NCBI RefSeq assembly: GCF_036321535.1
Contig: NC_087472.1
Span: 91,762,001 to 91,826,000, forward strand
Length of the DNA stretch: 64,000 nt
DNA from: Camelus dromedarius
Taxonomy: Eukaryota
Reading direction: 5' to 3'
In this document: positions 12,616 to 24,770 of the stretch, one piece after another
Position numbering within the stretch: the first letter of the stretch is position 1
How the letters are laid out: every line of letters begins with the position of its first letter
Position numbers and translations under genes: made by a program
The notes under the pieces: generated by a model
Told to the model about the DNA's origin: nothing
The model's input: the letters and a program-made list of their open reading frames with translations, nothing else
The model's database searches: none

Positions 12616-13537
12616 GCAGTGCGTTCGGTGGTCCCACGGACCTGTCTCTTGCTTCAACAGTGTTTGGACGGAACAGACCCAGGGACGCCCCTTGCTCCAG
12701 CTTCCGACCACCCTTCAACCTTTTTTCCAGTCACATCCTTCAGAACCAGCCACTGTACTATCTTCAGCCTCTGGGACCAGCCAACACCGTTTTGTGAGCT
12801 TAACTCATTACCCATCAACCATGAGCTAGCTCCCAGATTCGTCAGAATTATTCCAGCGAGGTTGAGGCCTCTGTCAACCACCTGGTCAACATGCATCTGT
12901 GGGCCTCCTACACCTACCTCTCTCTGGGCTTCTATTTCGACTGCGACGATGTGGCTCTGGAGGGCATTGGCCACTTTTTCTGCGAATTGGCTGAGGAGAA
13001 GCGCAAGGGCGCTGAGCGTCTCTTGAAAATGCAAAACCAGCGCGGCGGCCGCGCCCCCTTCCAGGACGTGCAGAAGCCATCTCAAGATGAGTGGGGTAAA
13101 ACCCAGGATGCTATGGAAGCTGCTATTGTCCTGGAGAAGAACCTGAACCAGGCCCTTTTGGATCTGCATGCCCTGGGTTCTGCCCGCGCAGACCCACATC
13201 TCTGTGACTTCCTGGAGAACCACTTCCTGGATGAGGAGGTAAAACTCATCAAGAAGATGGGCGACCACCTGACTAACCTCCACAGGCTCTCTGGTCCCCA
13301 GGCTGGGCTGGGCGAGTATCTCTTCGAAAGGCTCACCCTCAAGCACGACTAGGAGCCTCTGCAACCCAGCGGCCTTTACAGAGCCCCTCTGGTGTCAGGG
13401 CTTCTGCCTGAAGCCTCTCTGCAGTCACCAGGCAGCTTTTTAACCATCCTGGAGCCCTCTCCCAAGCCTTGGACCAAATAGAAATAAAGCTTTTTGCCAC
13501 GGCAAAAAAAGAAAAAGAAAAAGAAAAAAAAAAAAAA
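12616..13537 (+). pseudogene. FTL: Full-length processed ferritin light chain (FTL) pseudogene
   Basis: Intronless. 5' UTR with IRE, ATG at 12821 disrupted by a 4-bp duplication (ATG AGC TAG), and remaining frame 12891-13352 encoding the FTL C-terminal 153 aa ([13 protein letters not shown]...[15 protein letters not shown]). AATAAA at 13483-13488, poly(A) 13504-13537, perfect 16-bp TSD AAGAATGCAACTCCAG at 12600-12615 and 13538-13553. Confidence 0.97.
12642..12676 (+). promoter_or_regulatory. Iron-responsive element (IRE) in the retrocopied FTL 5' UTR
   Basis: CTGTCTCTTG-C-TTCAA-CAGTGT-TTGGA-CGGAACAG: CAGUGU loop at 12658-12663, 5-bp upper stem, bulged C at 12652. Confidence 0.92.
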
Positions 13538-14664
13538 AAGAATGCAACTCCAGCAAAGGGACACTTCAGTCTTACAAAAGAAAGCATGAGTGTTAGAGCC
13601 CATGTTTTATATTCACAATGTCAACTTGCCTGCATCTTTAGAATTGGTTTATTCCCTTCACGTTGTATATAGTCCAGTGCTTGAAAATATGTTTCAAAAG
13701 CTTATTTCTCTTACTATTTTTCAGGTCTTAAATCAGGGTCTTATGAAAAGGGAAAAAAATATGCCTGCAATAGACTTAGGTGGTGATTTTCATGTTGCTC
13801 ACAGAGAACTGATATTTAGAGTTCCTTCAAATTCCAGACTGAGACACAATCATGAACAAAAGCTCAGAAGAAGCCTCTTTACTGCTAATGCAATTGTTAA
13901 GTGTATTGTTTTGAAAATGAAAACTTATGCTTTGCACAAAGTTATCTAATCTGCACTCATGCCACTTTTAAATTGCATAAAATAACAGAAAAATGATAGC
14001 ATAAATCTTCTGTATGTGAAGTCGTTATTTTCCTTTCTAGAATGCAATGTGTGTATCTTTTTCTTCATACTGAAGTGCCTCATTCAAAACAGAGGCAACT
14101 GGACAATAATTCTCACCCAGGATAAGGTTTGTACAATTGAGTAATATCTCTACTTCTCAGCATGAAGTTAATTTATGTAATTTGTTACACTTTAAGGTAA
14201 AATAATATATGCACATATCTACCATATCCACATTCTTTTTAAAAAACAAAATTTTAATCCTTGTTCAATGTTCAATCACTTTAAGTTCACAGGGATACAT
14301 ATGCTTTCATTGCAGTCCCGTTAGCGCAGACAGCGGCTTCCTGCAGTGCCGTACAGAAAAGAGAGGGCGGTTGTGTCCTTTTATCCTCAAAATTTTCAGA
14401 GATTTTAAGTTTTCTTCAGAGACTTTTTACAGACAGATAAGTGAGAGGAAAGAAATAAAAACAAACTCAAAGACAAATAAGATACTTAATGTTTTCACTT
14501 TTTAATTTCTTTCTATAATTTGTAGATGCCTTGCATCAAGGGAAATTCTTTCTTTTCGGTTTAGCTGCAATAATTCTACATTGTTTCAGAAACTGAGCTA
14601 TCCCATATTGTGTCTTCTCTTGAAATGTGATATTGCACTATATTAAATAATAGTACATACTTTG

Positions 14665-14932
14665 TCTTTTTTTTCTTTTTAGATTGATTATTTTTTTTAT
14701 GATTTTTTTTAGTTCTTTTTTTACTGAAGTGTGGTTGATTTACAATGTTATTTTCAGGTGTACAGCAAAGCCAATCAGTTATACATATACATACATATAT
14801 ATTTCTTCAGTTTCTTTTCCATTATGGTTCATTACAAGAAATTGAATATAGTTCCCTGTGGTAGACAGTAGGTGCTTGCTGCTTACCCACCTCACATATA
14901 GTAATGTGTATCCGTCAATCCCAAACTCCCAA
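14665..14932 (-). mobile_element. 5'-truncated L1 3' end
   Basis: T-rich tail on the left; ttgaatatagttccctgtg and gttgatttacaatgtt motifs, the reverse complement of the family at 2265. Confidence 0.75.
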
Positions 14933-16339
14933 TCTTTGTTTTCAAAGTTAGCCATAAAATTTTATTAAACAGCCACCAATGCATACATACCTCATCCAGA
15001 TGAGCAAGATTTTCCATTTCTCACAAGACTGAAGATTATAGATCCATTTGAAAACTTCTTCCAAACATTTAAAAGCCAACTGTTATTTTTCATAAATTTA
15101 TTTAGCATCATTTAAAATTTAGTAATTTAATATTTTTTAAAGGAAACAATTTATCTCATCTATCATTTCTCTCACATATATACTCATCTTTACTATTTTG
15201 TTTTTTGTTCTATCTGTTTTCTGTAATCTTTTGGGAAGGTTAAAACCTAAGACATGACACTAATCCAGCTTTAAAGACTCAAGGAAGTCGAACAAATTAA
15301 TCATTCCAAAATGACTGCTTTTGAAAATAAAATCTTTACTACAAGCGTGAATTTTTTTAAACTGAATCTATCAGTGGGGTTTTGTCTCATGCCATTTATT
15401 CATAGTTTTAGTGACACTATGAGAACTCTTGAATGTTTTTACTCAGATTTCTTCCTAGGTCCTTCAGGTAGCTCTATTGTAATGGTTATATTATAGGTAA
15501 TTGTTTGACTGACTACTGCTTTCCTTCTAAATGATGAACTTTCTGAAGTTAGGGAAAATATCTTACTAGTCATTGGAAACAGGTCCTGAAACACACAACC
15601 TTTTGCACAGTAAAGCATCTCCCAAGTATTTGTTGAATAAATGAATATTGCCTAACAAAATCCATACACAATTACTGCTGCTTTTTTGATGCATTCTACT
15701 GTCTTAACACGTGAAAGCAGCTCCATTCTTTCCTACTAGTTTTAGAAATTCTGTGATTCTTTTGAAGTTTCCTTTGAAAAGCCCTTGCTAGTATTTTTCC
15801 AGTAAAGAGAGACATCAATGAGAAAAGACATCACCTTGTTGAGTACTGAAAATAGTGAAGGAAGGACTTAACGATAGCTTCCTACTTCTTTGGTCTCAAA
15901 TTGTAGCTTTCTATAAGCTGAGGAAATAAGAAGGCATACAAAAGAGAAACTATGCATCAGACCTGATTTTTAAAAATCCTTTTCTGAGGAAGATGTATCA
16001 TCATTACCCATACCACAGGAGTATTAATCATATTACTTTGAGGAGTCATGAAGTCTATGTAATTATCTTGAAAGCCACTGCCTGCCACAGGGAAATATAT
16101 ATTATTGCGGGAGTTATATTCAGTTGGAAGCTAGCAGGCTAAGGTGGTAACACTCACCCACCCCCATACTTCCCCATACCTACCATTCTCTGCTCTCTCC
16201 ATCTTTTGACTCCACAGTGGGAATCAGAAACAGTCCAAGTGGAAAGTAGGTTTTTAACAACAATTACCAAGAATTCACGTGCTCTCAATCCTGTCTACCA
16301 AAAATATGACTCAGTGTTTTCCATGAATTTTTTAGCCAT

Positions 16340-16815
16340 GAGTTTTAGTCAAGGCTCTCCAGAGGAACAGAACCAATAGAATATAGATCGATTGATCCAT
16401 TGATCGATAGATAGATAATAGATAGAGAGATGATAGGTAGATAAATAGAGAGATAGACAAGGATTTTTTACGGAAGTGGCTCACATGACTATGGAGGCTG
16501 GCAAGTACAAAATCTGCAGGGTGAGCCATCAGGTTGGAGACTCAGGGAAGAGCCCATGTTGCAGTTCAAGTCAGAAGGCCATCTGCTGGCAGAATTACTT
16601 CTTGCTCAGGCTAGATGAAGCTTTTGTTCTATTCAGGCCTTCAACTGATTGGATGAGACCCATTCACATTACAGAGAGCAGTATGTTCTTCTCAAAGTCT
16701 ACCAGTTTAAATGTTAATCTCATCTAAAAAACACCATCATGGAAACACCCAGAATGTTTGACCAAACATCTGGGTACCATGGCCCAACCATGTTGACACA
16801 TAAAATTAACCAACA
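16340..16815 (-). mobile_element. ERVL solo LTR, MLT2-like, with internal GATA-type microsatellite
   Basis: ctctccagaggaacagaaccaatag at the left and ttgacacataaaattaacca at the right, the reverse of the 2795 element type. Confidence 0.75.
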
Positions 16816-17068
16816 CACCACATAATATTTACTGGGCCTTTGCCCTCTAAGTCTTCCCCATTGCAAGTATGGATGAACTTGGGTATGTTGAAATCACAGG
16901 CCAACATATGACTGGTCTAAGCAGGCCCAGAAGATATCTGATTTACAGGACTATGCTAAGCTGTCCTGGTGTTGCCAGCACTATAATTTATAATTCTGTT
17001 CACTTTTGTACTTACAAACTAAAATGCTGTGTTGGTTTAGTCTCCTACTTCCTCCCATCTCCAGTAAA

Positions 17069-17071
17069 AAA

Positions 17072-17114
<43 letters not shown>

Positions 17115-17117
17115 ATA
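17069..17117. repeat. (TAAA)n microsatellite
   Basis: Directly visible tetranucleotide run. Confidence 0.95.
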
Positions 17118-17334
17118 GTACAAAAGATATTGAAGGACAAATATATTGGATTAAATAATTCCTAAGATTCCTCAAAGTTCTAAAATTCTATGAGGGTGAA
17201 GGAAAATATAAAGTCAGGCCTGTCTTTCTCCGAAGTCTATATTGGGAGATACTAATTCTTATGATGGTGTCTGGAGAGTGAGTGTGTATGTGGAGCAGGG
17301 GGGAGGCAGGATTGCAGAGAAGGTAAAGAGGGAG

Positions 17335-17700
17335 TAAAAAGATCAGTGATTTCTAAAAGGTTCAGGAAGAAGGAGGGATGAACAGCTGAAGCACAGGGGA
17401 TTTATGGGCAGTGGAACTGTTCTGTATGATACCATCATGGCAGATACATGACATCACACATTTGTCAAAATGCATGGGACTTACAGTGAGCCCTAATATA
17501 AACAGTGGACTTCAGCTAATAGTAATGTATTGATACGGGTTCATTGATTGTAATACATGCACCACACAAACATAACATATTAATAACAGGGGAAATTGTG
17601 GGTCTGGGGAGAGGAAGAGGGAGTATACGTGAGCTCTGATTTTTTGCTCAATTTTTCTGTCAACCTAAAACTGCTCTAAAAATAAATCTATCAATTATTG
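17335..17700 (+). mobile_element. Old L1 3' end (L1MC-like)
   Basis: gaactgttctgtatgatacc; tttgtcaaaa; tgctcaatttttctgtcaacctaaaactgctctaaaaataaa. Confidence 0.7.
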
Positions 17701-17899
17701 AAAACTAGGATCAACTTAAATAGAAAAATAGTTAAATTATGTGTAACTATAGGGTTGACTATTTTGCAATAATAAAAAATGATGTTTATGAAAAAAAAAT
17801 CATCCCGAGCCTAAACCTAAAGGAGCAAAATCAGGAAGGGGAGGGGGATAACATCCTGAATTAACTTTTTTTTTTTTTTGGAAGGAGGGACACTCAGTT

Positions 17900-18900
17900 G
17901 GGAGAAAAAAAAAGAGTCTAAGCAAAGAGCTAATAAATTTGTTCTTACAACAGTCTAATGAGACATGGACTTGGTCTAGATAAGCAGCAATGAATGAGAA
18001 AGAAGTGAACAGATTTCAAATACTGTGAAAGTAGAATGGACCAGACACAGTGATGGATTGGATGTAGGTGTGCTGGGAGAGAAGTGTGTTGTGAATGACT
18101 GTGAAATTCTTCCTCATCTCATTTTCTAAAGGAGAGGCTGGAGATCAAGAGTTCTATTTTTAACTGCTTAATCATGAGCTGCTTATGAGGCATTGATGTA
18201 GGGGTTTCAAATATACTTACAAAAATCTCATAAAAGTGGCCTAAAGATACAAATTCCACAGTGCTATATGTATATAGATGGCATTGGAAAAACCATGAGA
18301 ATGGATGAGAATATCAACAGGGGTGGGAGGTCGGGGGAGGGAATGATGACAATAGACATAATAAAGCCATTGTTTTGCTAAGGGAGGAGGAGCTAGTAAA
18401 GGAAACTAGGAATGAGTGGCAGAAAAGTAAGGGGAAGACCTTGAAATTGTGGTGTCATAGAAACTAAGAGTATTTCAAAGAGAGAGAGGTCAGCCATGCC
18501 AAGTGTTGCATGGAGGTCTGGTAAGAGATAGTGAACTACTTATGAGTCCTGGCTCTAGAATTTGGCTTCTTGGAATCATATACCAATTGTATTCCTTACT
18601 AGTCATGTGACCTTGAGAAAATAATTTATCCTCACTGTGACTCTACATCACCTCACTGAGATTCTATTTCTGTAAAATTAGATTACCTACCTCACAGAGT
18701 TTTTGCAAGAATGAAATGCAATACCTAAGTTACATGGAAGAGAACCTGGCAAACAGCAAGCATTCAATGAACGTCAGCTATTAACATCACCAAAAATGTA
18801 TTTTTTTTGATTTGGCAATATTGAGGGTGCTAGTGACACAGTAAAGGCAGAGTTAGCAGAACAGTGGGTCAGAGTGGGCTAAAGGATAAGTGTTCTATTG
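17900..18900. mobile_element. L2 remnant interrupted by a MIR (about 18550-18785)
   Basis: L2-like gtgatggattggatgtagg and gtggtgtcatagaaactaag; MIR-like cttactagtcatgtgaccttgag and acctacctcacagag. Confidence 0.5.
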
Positions 18901-20904
18901 ATAAAATTATTTTCATAGCACTTGGACAAATCCAAAACAAGTGACAAAAGGATACTCATTGTCACCAGAAGCCATGAATTCCATTGGATATGTCTATATA
19001 TGTAATAGCAATCTAGCCCCCACATTTACCACCCCACTGATCATGGTTTTTGGTCATGGTTTTCCACTAGTATTCTCAGCTCTAATTTTGAGAGGGTTCC
19101 TCTTTGTATTGAACCAAAATCTGCCTTTTAAGTCTTTCAATTCAGTGACCATCTGTCATTTGGGGCCAAAGTAACACATAGCCCTAAAGTGTAATGATCA
19201 TTTATGTCATAAATATCTTTCAATCCTTTATTTACAAAAGCTGTAAACTTCCTTCACATCATCTATTTTAATGGTTCTCAAAAATGCCCATCAGAATCAG
19301 TTGGGATTAAAAAATAGATTTTGAATCTCGGGCCTATCAGTATAAAATCTCTAAGAGCTAGGGTCCAGGAATCTATAACTTAAATGCTCCTTTGGCAAAT
19401 TTGACATACACGCAAGTAAAGGAACAAATGTTCTATTGTCTATGTGAAAAAAGACCTTCACTGATCCATTTTTTATCCTTTTTTCAACTCAGAGATTCCA
19501 ACATTATCAACTGTCACTTTTATTGGCACCATTACTTTAATATTTGACATTTCCAAATTGCAAACATATTACATTTTGCAGAGATACCAATTACTTCCAA
19601 TGTATGATCATTTAACAGCTAATTGCAACATACAAGGCTTTGGCACCCAGATGTCACGCGGCTGGGTGTGCCTACTTGGCTACAAATCCTTTTAGTTACT
19701 GTGTTTCTTTGCCAAATAGATGCTGTGTCTGGTTGGCACAGGGTAGTGCCCAGGTAGTGCCCACTGTGCTTTGGCAATGTATGCGATGTTCACAGTGAAA
19801 TGAATTTTACTTTCTTACCATCACCAACTCATAATTCTTGCACTATTCTTTGAATCAGCTGTCGCCAGCTCTTTCTCACCAATAGCAAGGGGTGATGGAA
19901 GCTAGGTAGTTAGCTCAAAACCAAAGTCCAAGTTGATTTCACACTTTAAAATTGGAATCATGTTTTTCTTTTTGATAAGGAGGGAACTGCTATAGGCCAC
20001 CCAGCCCTATGCTTGCTGTTCTGTGTATTTTCTCCATAGGTATTCTGGCAGTTTGGACGTGAGCCCTGGCATCAAAAAGTAAGACAGGAAACATAAGGGA
20101 ACCAACCAATTTCTCCCCATATTGTGATTGGTTTTTACTTATGATTTATAATTGAACTATAGCATCACTGTCACTGGCATCCTCACTTCTCCTTGCCAAG
20201 ACCAGCTTTAAAGGCTAAATTTTTCTGTCTTTGCACACTCTGTTATTTCTCAGAAATGCTCTTCCTCAGAAATGCTCTTCCTCTTAGCTATCGTTAGCTC
20301 CAATATTTGCTTGTAAGCATTACCTTCATACGTTCTTTTCAACAGAACTCAACATCTGGAAATCAGTCTTTTCAGGATCTTCTCATTGGAATAATATTCA
20401 CACCTGCAACATCATACACGGCTCTAGAAAACATCTCAAGTTAACCCAGGATCTGTCAAGTGACACTTACAAGGAAGTAGCTTACCACTGGAACAATTAA
20501 AACTAGCATACCACGCCAGCACTCAGGCGGAGCACTTCTTGACACTGCCAACGTTAGTTTTAACAGCTCTCAGTAAAACCTGAAACCACTGTTGTTGAAA
20601 TGATTTGTTTTCCATCTTTGTTTTGCTTCCGTTTTTAATGTGTGCTTTCTCTGGGACTTGTAGAAATTTCTGATGCCTCCTTTAAGTTGCTCCAGATTGC
20701 ATTTGATTTTAAAATGTCTTTTTTGCTCCAGAATCTTCATTGTCAGGCTCAAGTGTTTGTACCCTCTGAGCAAACGCTTTCACAGCTGAAACTATGCATG
20801 TCCCTACAGCAATTAGCACCATCTTTTACACATGATGAATGTGTAAAAGAAACAGCAAATATATTTCTAATATGTGAATAAATGTGCACTTGTTTAGTCG
20901 TTCC

Positions 20905-21300
20905 TTCACTCACTTATTTAACAAATATTTATCAAATCCCAGTTATGGCTAGGCACTGTTTTAGGTTTGGGGGTTTTAGCAGTGAATAAAACAAAGTCCC
21001 TGCTCTTAGGGAGCTTATACTGTGGTGAGAGAGACAGTCAATAAGCAAAGCTGTAAATATATGTATCAAATTCTTGTAAGAGGTATTGAGAAAAATAAGG
21101 CAGGATAAGGGGGGCAGTGAATTCTAGGGCCCATGATTCACTGTTTTACACAGGCTGGTCTAGGGAATCCCTCACTAATGAAGCAGCAATTGAGCAGAAA
21201 CCGAAGGAAGGCAGAATGAGGTGTTGAAATTTCCGGGGAAGTGTTCCAGGTAGAGGGAAAAGTAAATGCCAGGCTTCTAAGGGAACATATCTAGAGAATG
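20905..21300 (-). mobile_element. L2 LINE 3' remnant
   Basis: acaaatatttat..ctaggcactgttttagg..agcagtgaataaaacaaagtccctgctctt. Confidence 0.6.
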
Positions 21301-21359
21301 AATAAATGGATCGTTGGATAAATGGATAATGAATATTGAATAAATTAGAAGAGAGGAAT

Positions 21360-21930
21360 CATTGGAGACAGACCCTCAAGGAATCCCAATGTTCGTATCC
21401 TTAACAATCTCCTTCCCTTGAGTGTGGGCAGACCCTTTCGGTTGCTTCTAACAAACAGAATATAGCAAAGGTAAGGGGATGTCACCTCCAAAATTACGTT
21501 ATTTTATATACAGATACAGATACAGATACAGATACAGATACAGATACAGATACAGATATGCTAACATGCACTACAGAGACTCTCCTCCTGGCCATGAAGA
21601 AGCAAGTTACTGGGATGTGGACTGCCTGTGGAGAGAGCCACGTGGCAGGGAACTGCGGGTGGCCTCTAGGAGCTGAGAGCCACAGCCCTATAGTCACAAA
21701 GAACTGAATTCTTCCAACAACCATGTGAGCTAGGAAGAGGACCCCAGGATCCAGATGAGAATGCTGTCCAGCCAACACCGTGACTGTAGCCTTGCAAAAC
21801 CTTGAATAGAGGATGCAGCTAAGCTGTTTTCAGATTCCTGACCCATGGAAACTGTGAGATAATACATGTGTGTTGTTTTAAGCTACTAAGTTCACAGTAT
21901 TTTTTTCTGTACACAGAAAACTCATATGAC
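21360..21930 (+). mobile_element. MaLR LTR (MLT1-like) containing a (GATACA)n hexamer repeat at about 21507-21558
   Basis: cccttgagtgtgggcaga; gagccacgtggcagggaactgcgggtggcctctaggagctgaga; cagattcctgacccatggaaactgtgagataat. Confidence 0.75.
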
Positions 21931-22109
21931 AACTAACACAGCTGAGTTTCATGTTATTCAATTATTTTACTCATCCTCTCCCCCAAATTTAAGAGTAACA
22001 AATGTGTTGCATAGTTAGTTTTCTGTTTCCCCTCTCCCCCAACACCCAGACCTACCTAACCCTCCTGTCCAGGCTCAGCCTCAGCTCAGTAGCTAAGACC
22101 ACATTTTAC

Positions 22110-22660
22110 ATTGTGTTGTCTTCTAATCTTTCACTACATAACACATTATCCCAAACCTGAGTGGCTAGAAGAACAGTTTATTGTTAGTTCTCGTGATTCT
22201 GGGCTCAGCTGGGCAGTTCTCATGTGGTTCAGTTATATAAATGGTGGCTGAGGCTGGAGTCATTTAAAGGTTCAATTAGGCCAGATGTCCAAGACACCCC
22301 AGTCTAAATACTGGCAGTTGATCCTGGCTGTCAGCAAGGAACTAGCTGGAGTTGTCAATTGGATTACATGTGACTTTTCCCATGTTCCTTAGGCTTCTTA
22401 TAGCAGGGGAGCTGTGTTCTGAGTTGGAGCATTCCCAAGAGGATGCATTCTGAGAAGTTATATGTGGAAATTGCCAGGCCAGTTAAGAATTGAATCCGTA
22501 ACTGAGACAGCATCATTTCTGCCATATTTGATGCCTGTTTCCAGGGAGTGGAGAAATGGACTCATTTTGATGGGGGAGTAGTAAAGTGACATTGCAGAAA
22601 ACCATGCGGAATAGAAGATAATGTTGCAGCCACGTTTGGAAAATATTCTCGGTCACTGTA
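22110..22660 (-). mobile_element. MaLR LTR remnant (MLT1-like)
   Basis: ggctcagctgggcagttct; ggctggagtcatttaaagg; cagcatcatttctgccatattt. Confidence 0.6.
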
Positions 22661-22719
22661 ATGACTGAGGGAAATCAAGCTCAATTCTATGCTTATCACT
22701 GAATCATAATTGAAATCAG

Positions 22720-22900
22720 AGAGCCTTGAGTTCAACACACGGCTCTGTCCCTTACTAGCTGTATGATTTTTAATTTAACTCCCTGGGACTCGGTCTCTTC
22801 ATCTGTTAAATCAGATAACAATAACTACCTCACTAGTAGTTGTAATAATTAAAGGAAAAAGATATAAAAAGACATAGCAGAGTTCTTGGAACCTGGTAAT
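22720..22900 (+). mobile_element. MIR SINE remnant
   Basis: ggctctgtcccttactagctgt..ctcggtctcttcatctgttaaat..taactacctca. Confidence 0.6.
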
Positions 22901-24624
22901 ACATCTATAAATAATAACTATTATTATTATTAGGAGTAGTATTAGTTTTGTTATTTCAACCCTGGATTTATTCCTGATTCTCATAACTGGAACTCTTTTT
23001 TTTATTTTTAAGATATCTTGCACTCTCCTAGTAGTAAATAAATTATGTCATGAGTCTCTGAACCAATAACATTCTCTACACCACAATCATCTAGGCATGG
23101 CTTTCTGCCTTGGTTATGCCTACCTTTTTTATCTTCCCAGAGATTATAATATTAGACTGAACCCCAACCAAGGAATTAGAGTCCTATTTTCCACTAGTGG
23201 GCTTTCTGGATGGGCATCACCTACTTACTTTTATAGATTTCTGCATGTGGCCTGTTGTGTGATTCTCCACTAGCATGTTTATCCATCAAGATACCCCCAT
23301 AGGTTTACATTAGACCCTCTGAGTTCCACTGCCCAGCTTCAAGTCTGGGCTTGGTCTCAGAGTTTGTACCTGCCCCACTCCTACAAATCAGTCTAGTTTT
23401 AGATCCTGAATTCTTCTCCTGTGTCTCATCCTGTTGGAGGCAGTATGATAGTTTTGGTCAGGTATGATTATGTAATTTTCAGGGTTCTAATCCTTCATAC
23501 ATGGATGCTCTTCTGCCTCTTACTCAGTTCCCCTAAGCTTATTGTCTTCCATGCTCACGTGCTCACTTGTTCTCTCCCACCCTCTCTTTGGCCCCTCCCA
23601 TGACCCATTACCACACCTCTTCTGCAGGAGCTCTAAGAATTCCTCTGTTCTTTCCCATCTTCCAAACCTAGGGTGACCTTCGATACCTGCATCTAAGAGC
23701 ATCACTGTATCTCCTCACAAAGTTATATAATAGGGGTCACTGAGCTTTGATTTCTTCTTGAAGAGATGAGCATAGAGAAAGAATCCATCCTCATTTAATA
23801 GCAGTTTAGTTCTGGGGAGATAGACACAGCCCTCGATCCACAATGATTTCCCGAGAGGAGTGCTTTTCACTTCAGCATCTACAGGAAAAGACAGTCCTCT
23901 AGCAAGTGTGGCAGGTTGATTTACTGCAAATTTGATGTGACGGGGTGACCTAAAGAGAAATAGCACCATGCTCTCACTGCTGGAGATTCACTGGCAAAGA
24001 ATGAAAAGTGATTTTTACCCCCACTAGGAAGCCATTCAGGTTTTTATCTCCCTAAGGTCTGGTTTCCCTTTCCTCTACTGGAAGCTAATCAGCTTTGGGG
24101 TTTCAAGGCTCTGAAGGAGATGTTTTCATGGGTAGGGGGACATAGAAATCTACCTTAAAATAGACTTTCATGTTGAGAGGACTTAGAGGCCCATGGATAC
24201 AATTAAGCATTACTGTTGGAAAAGCAGTCAGAACAAAGCTTTGTGCTTAAAAAATTTTTTTTAACTGTATTAGATGTAAGTCCACAATTCAGACAGTGCT
24301 GGGGTACTGGAGGGGAGGGATGGAGCATGGCTGGAGCGCCTCTGCAGCAGCAGGTGAGGGTGAGGACTATGTTAGTTGCCCAGGGAGCCTGAAAGGGGGG
24401 CCAATTCCAAGCTTAGCCAGGAGAGAACTCAGAAGGAGATAACTTCATTGGGATGACCTTGCTCACTTGGAAAGGGAGCTGGGCCAGGATGTCCAAGCCT
24501 GAAGAAAAATGAGCATGCAAATGGGACTGGTTTTCTGCAGCTACAAGTCGGAGTAAAACCTGATAGCAGTGAAAACAGTCATGGACTAAGAAACCATGGC
24601 CTATCATGATGAGATCAGAAATAT

Positions 24625-24770
24625 TGGGAGTGATGGAAGTGTTAGCTATCTTGATTTTGGTGGTGGTTTCATAGGTGTACACATCTATCAAAATTCATCA
24701 AACTGTACATCTGAAATATGTGTAGTTTACTGTACAGGAATCATACCACAATAAAGGTGTTTTTAAAAAA
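24625..24770 (+). mobile_element. Old L1 3' tip
   Basis: gtgatggaagtgtt..atcttgatt..tcaaaattcatcaaactgtacat..caataaagg. Confidence 0.6.

Noticed and set aside
12654..13364. 236-aa minus-strand ORF and other overlapping ORFs at the FTL locus
   Set aside because: Antisense or alternative-frame shadows of the GC-rich FTL coding sequence; no independent gene evidence.
20248..20283. Short tandem duplication CTCAGAAATGCTCTTC x2 (similar ones near 4724-4763, 35968-36020 and 63586-63605)
   Set aside because: Isolated two-copy slippage-type duplications with no repeat-spacer array; not CRISPR-like.
21479..21778. ORFs with (RY)n or (SV)n repeats
   Set aside because: Translation of the (GATACA)n microsatellite inside an LTR.
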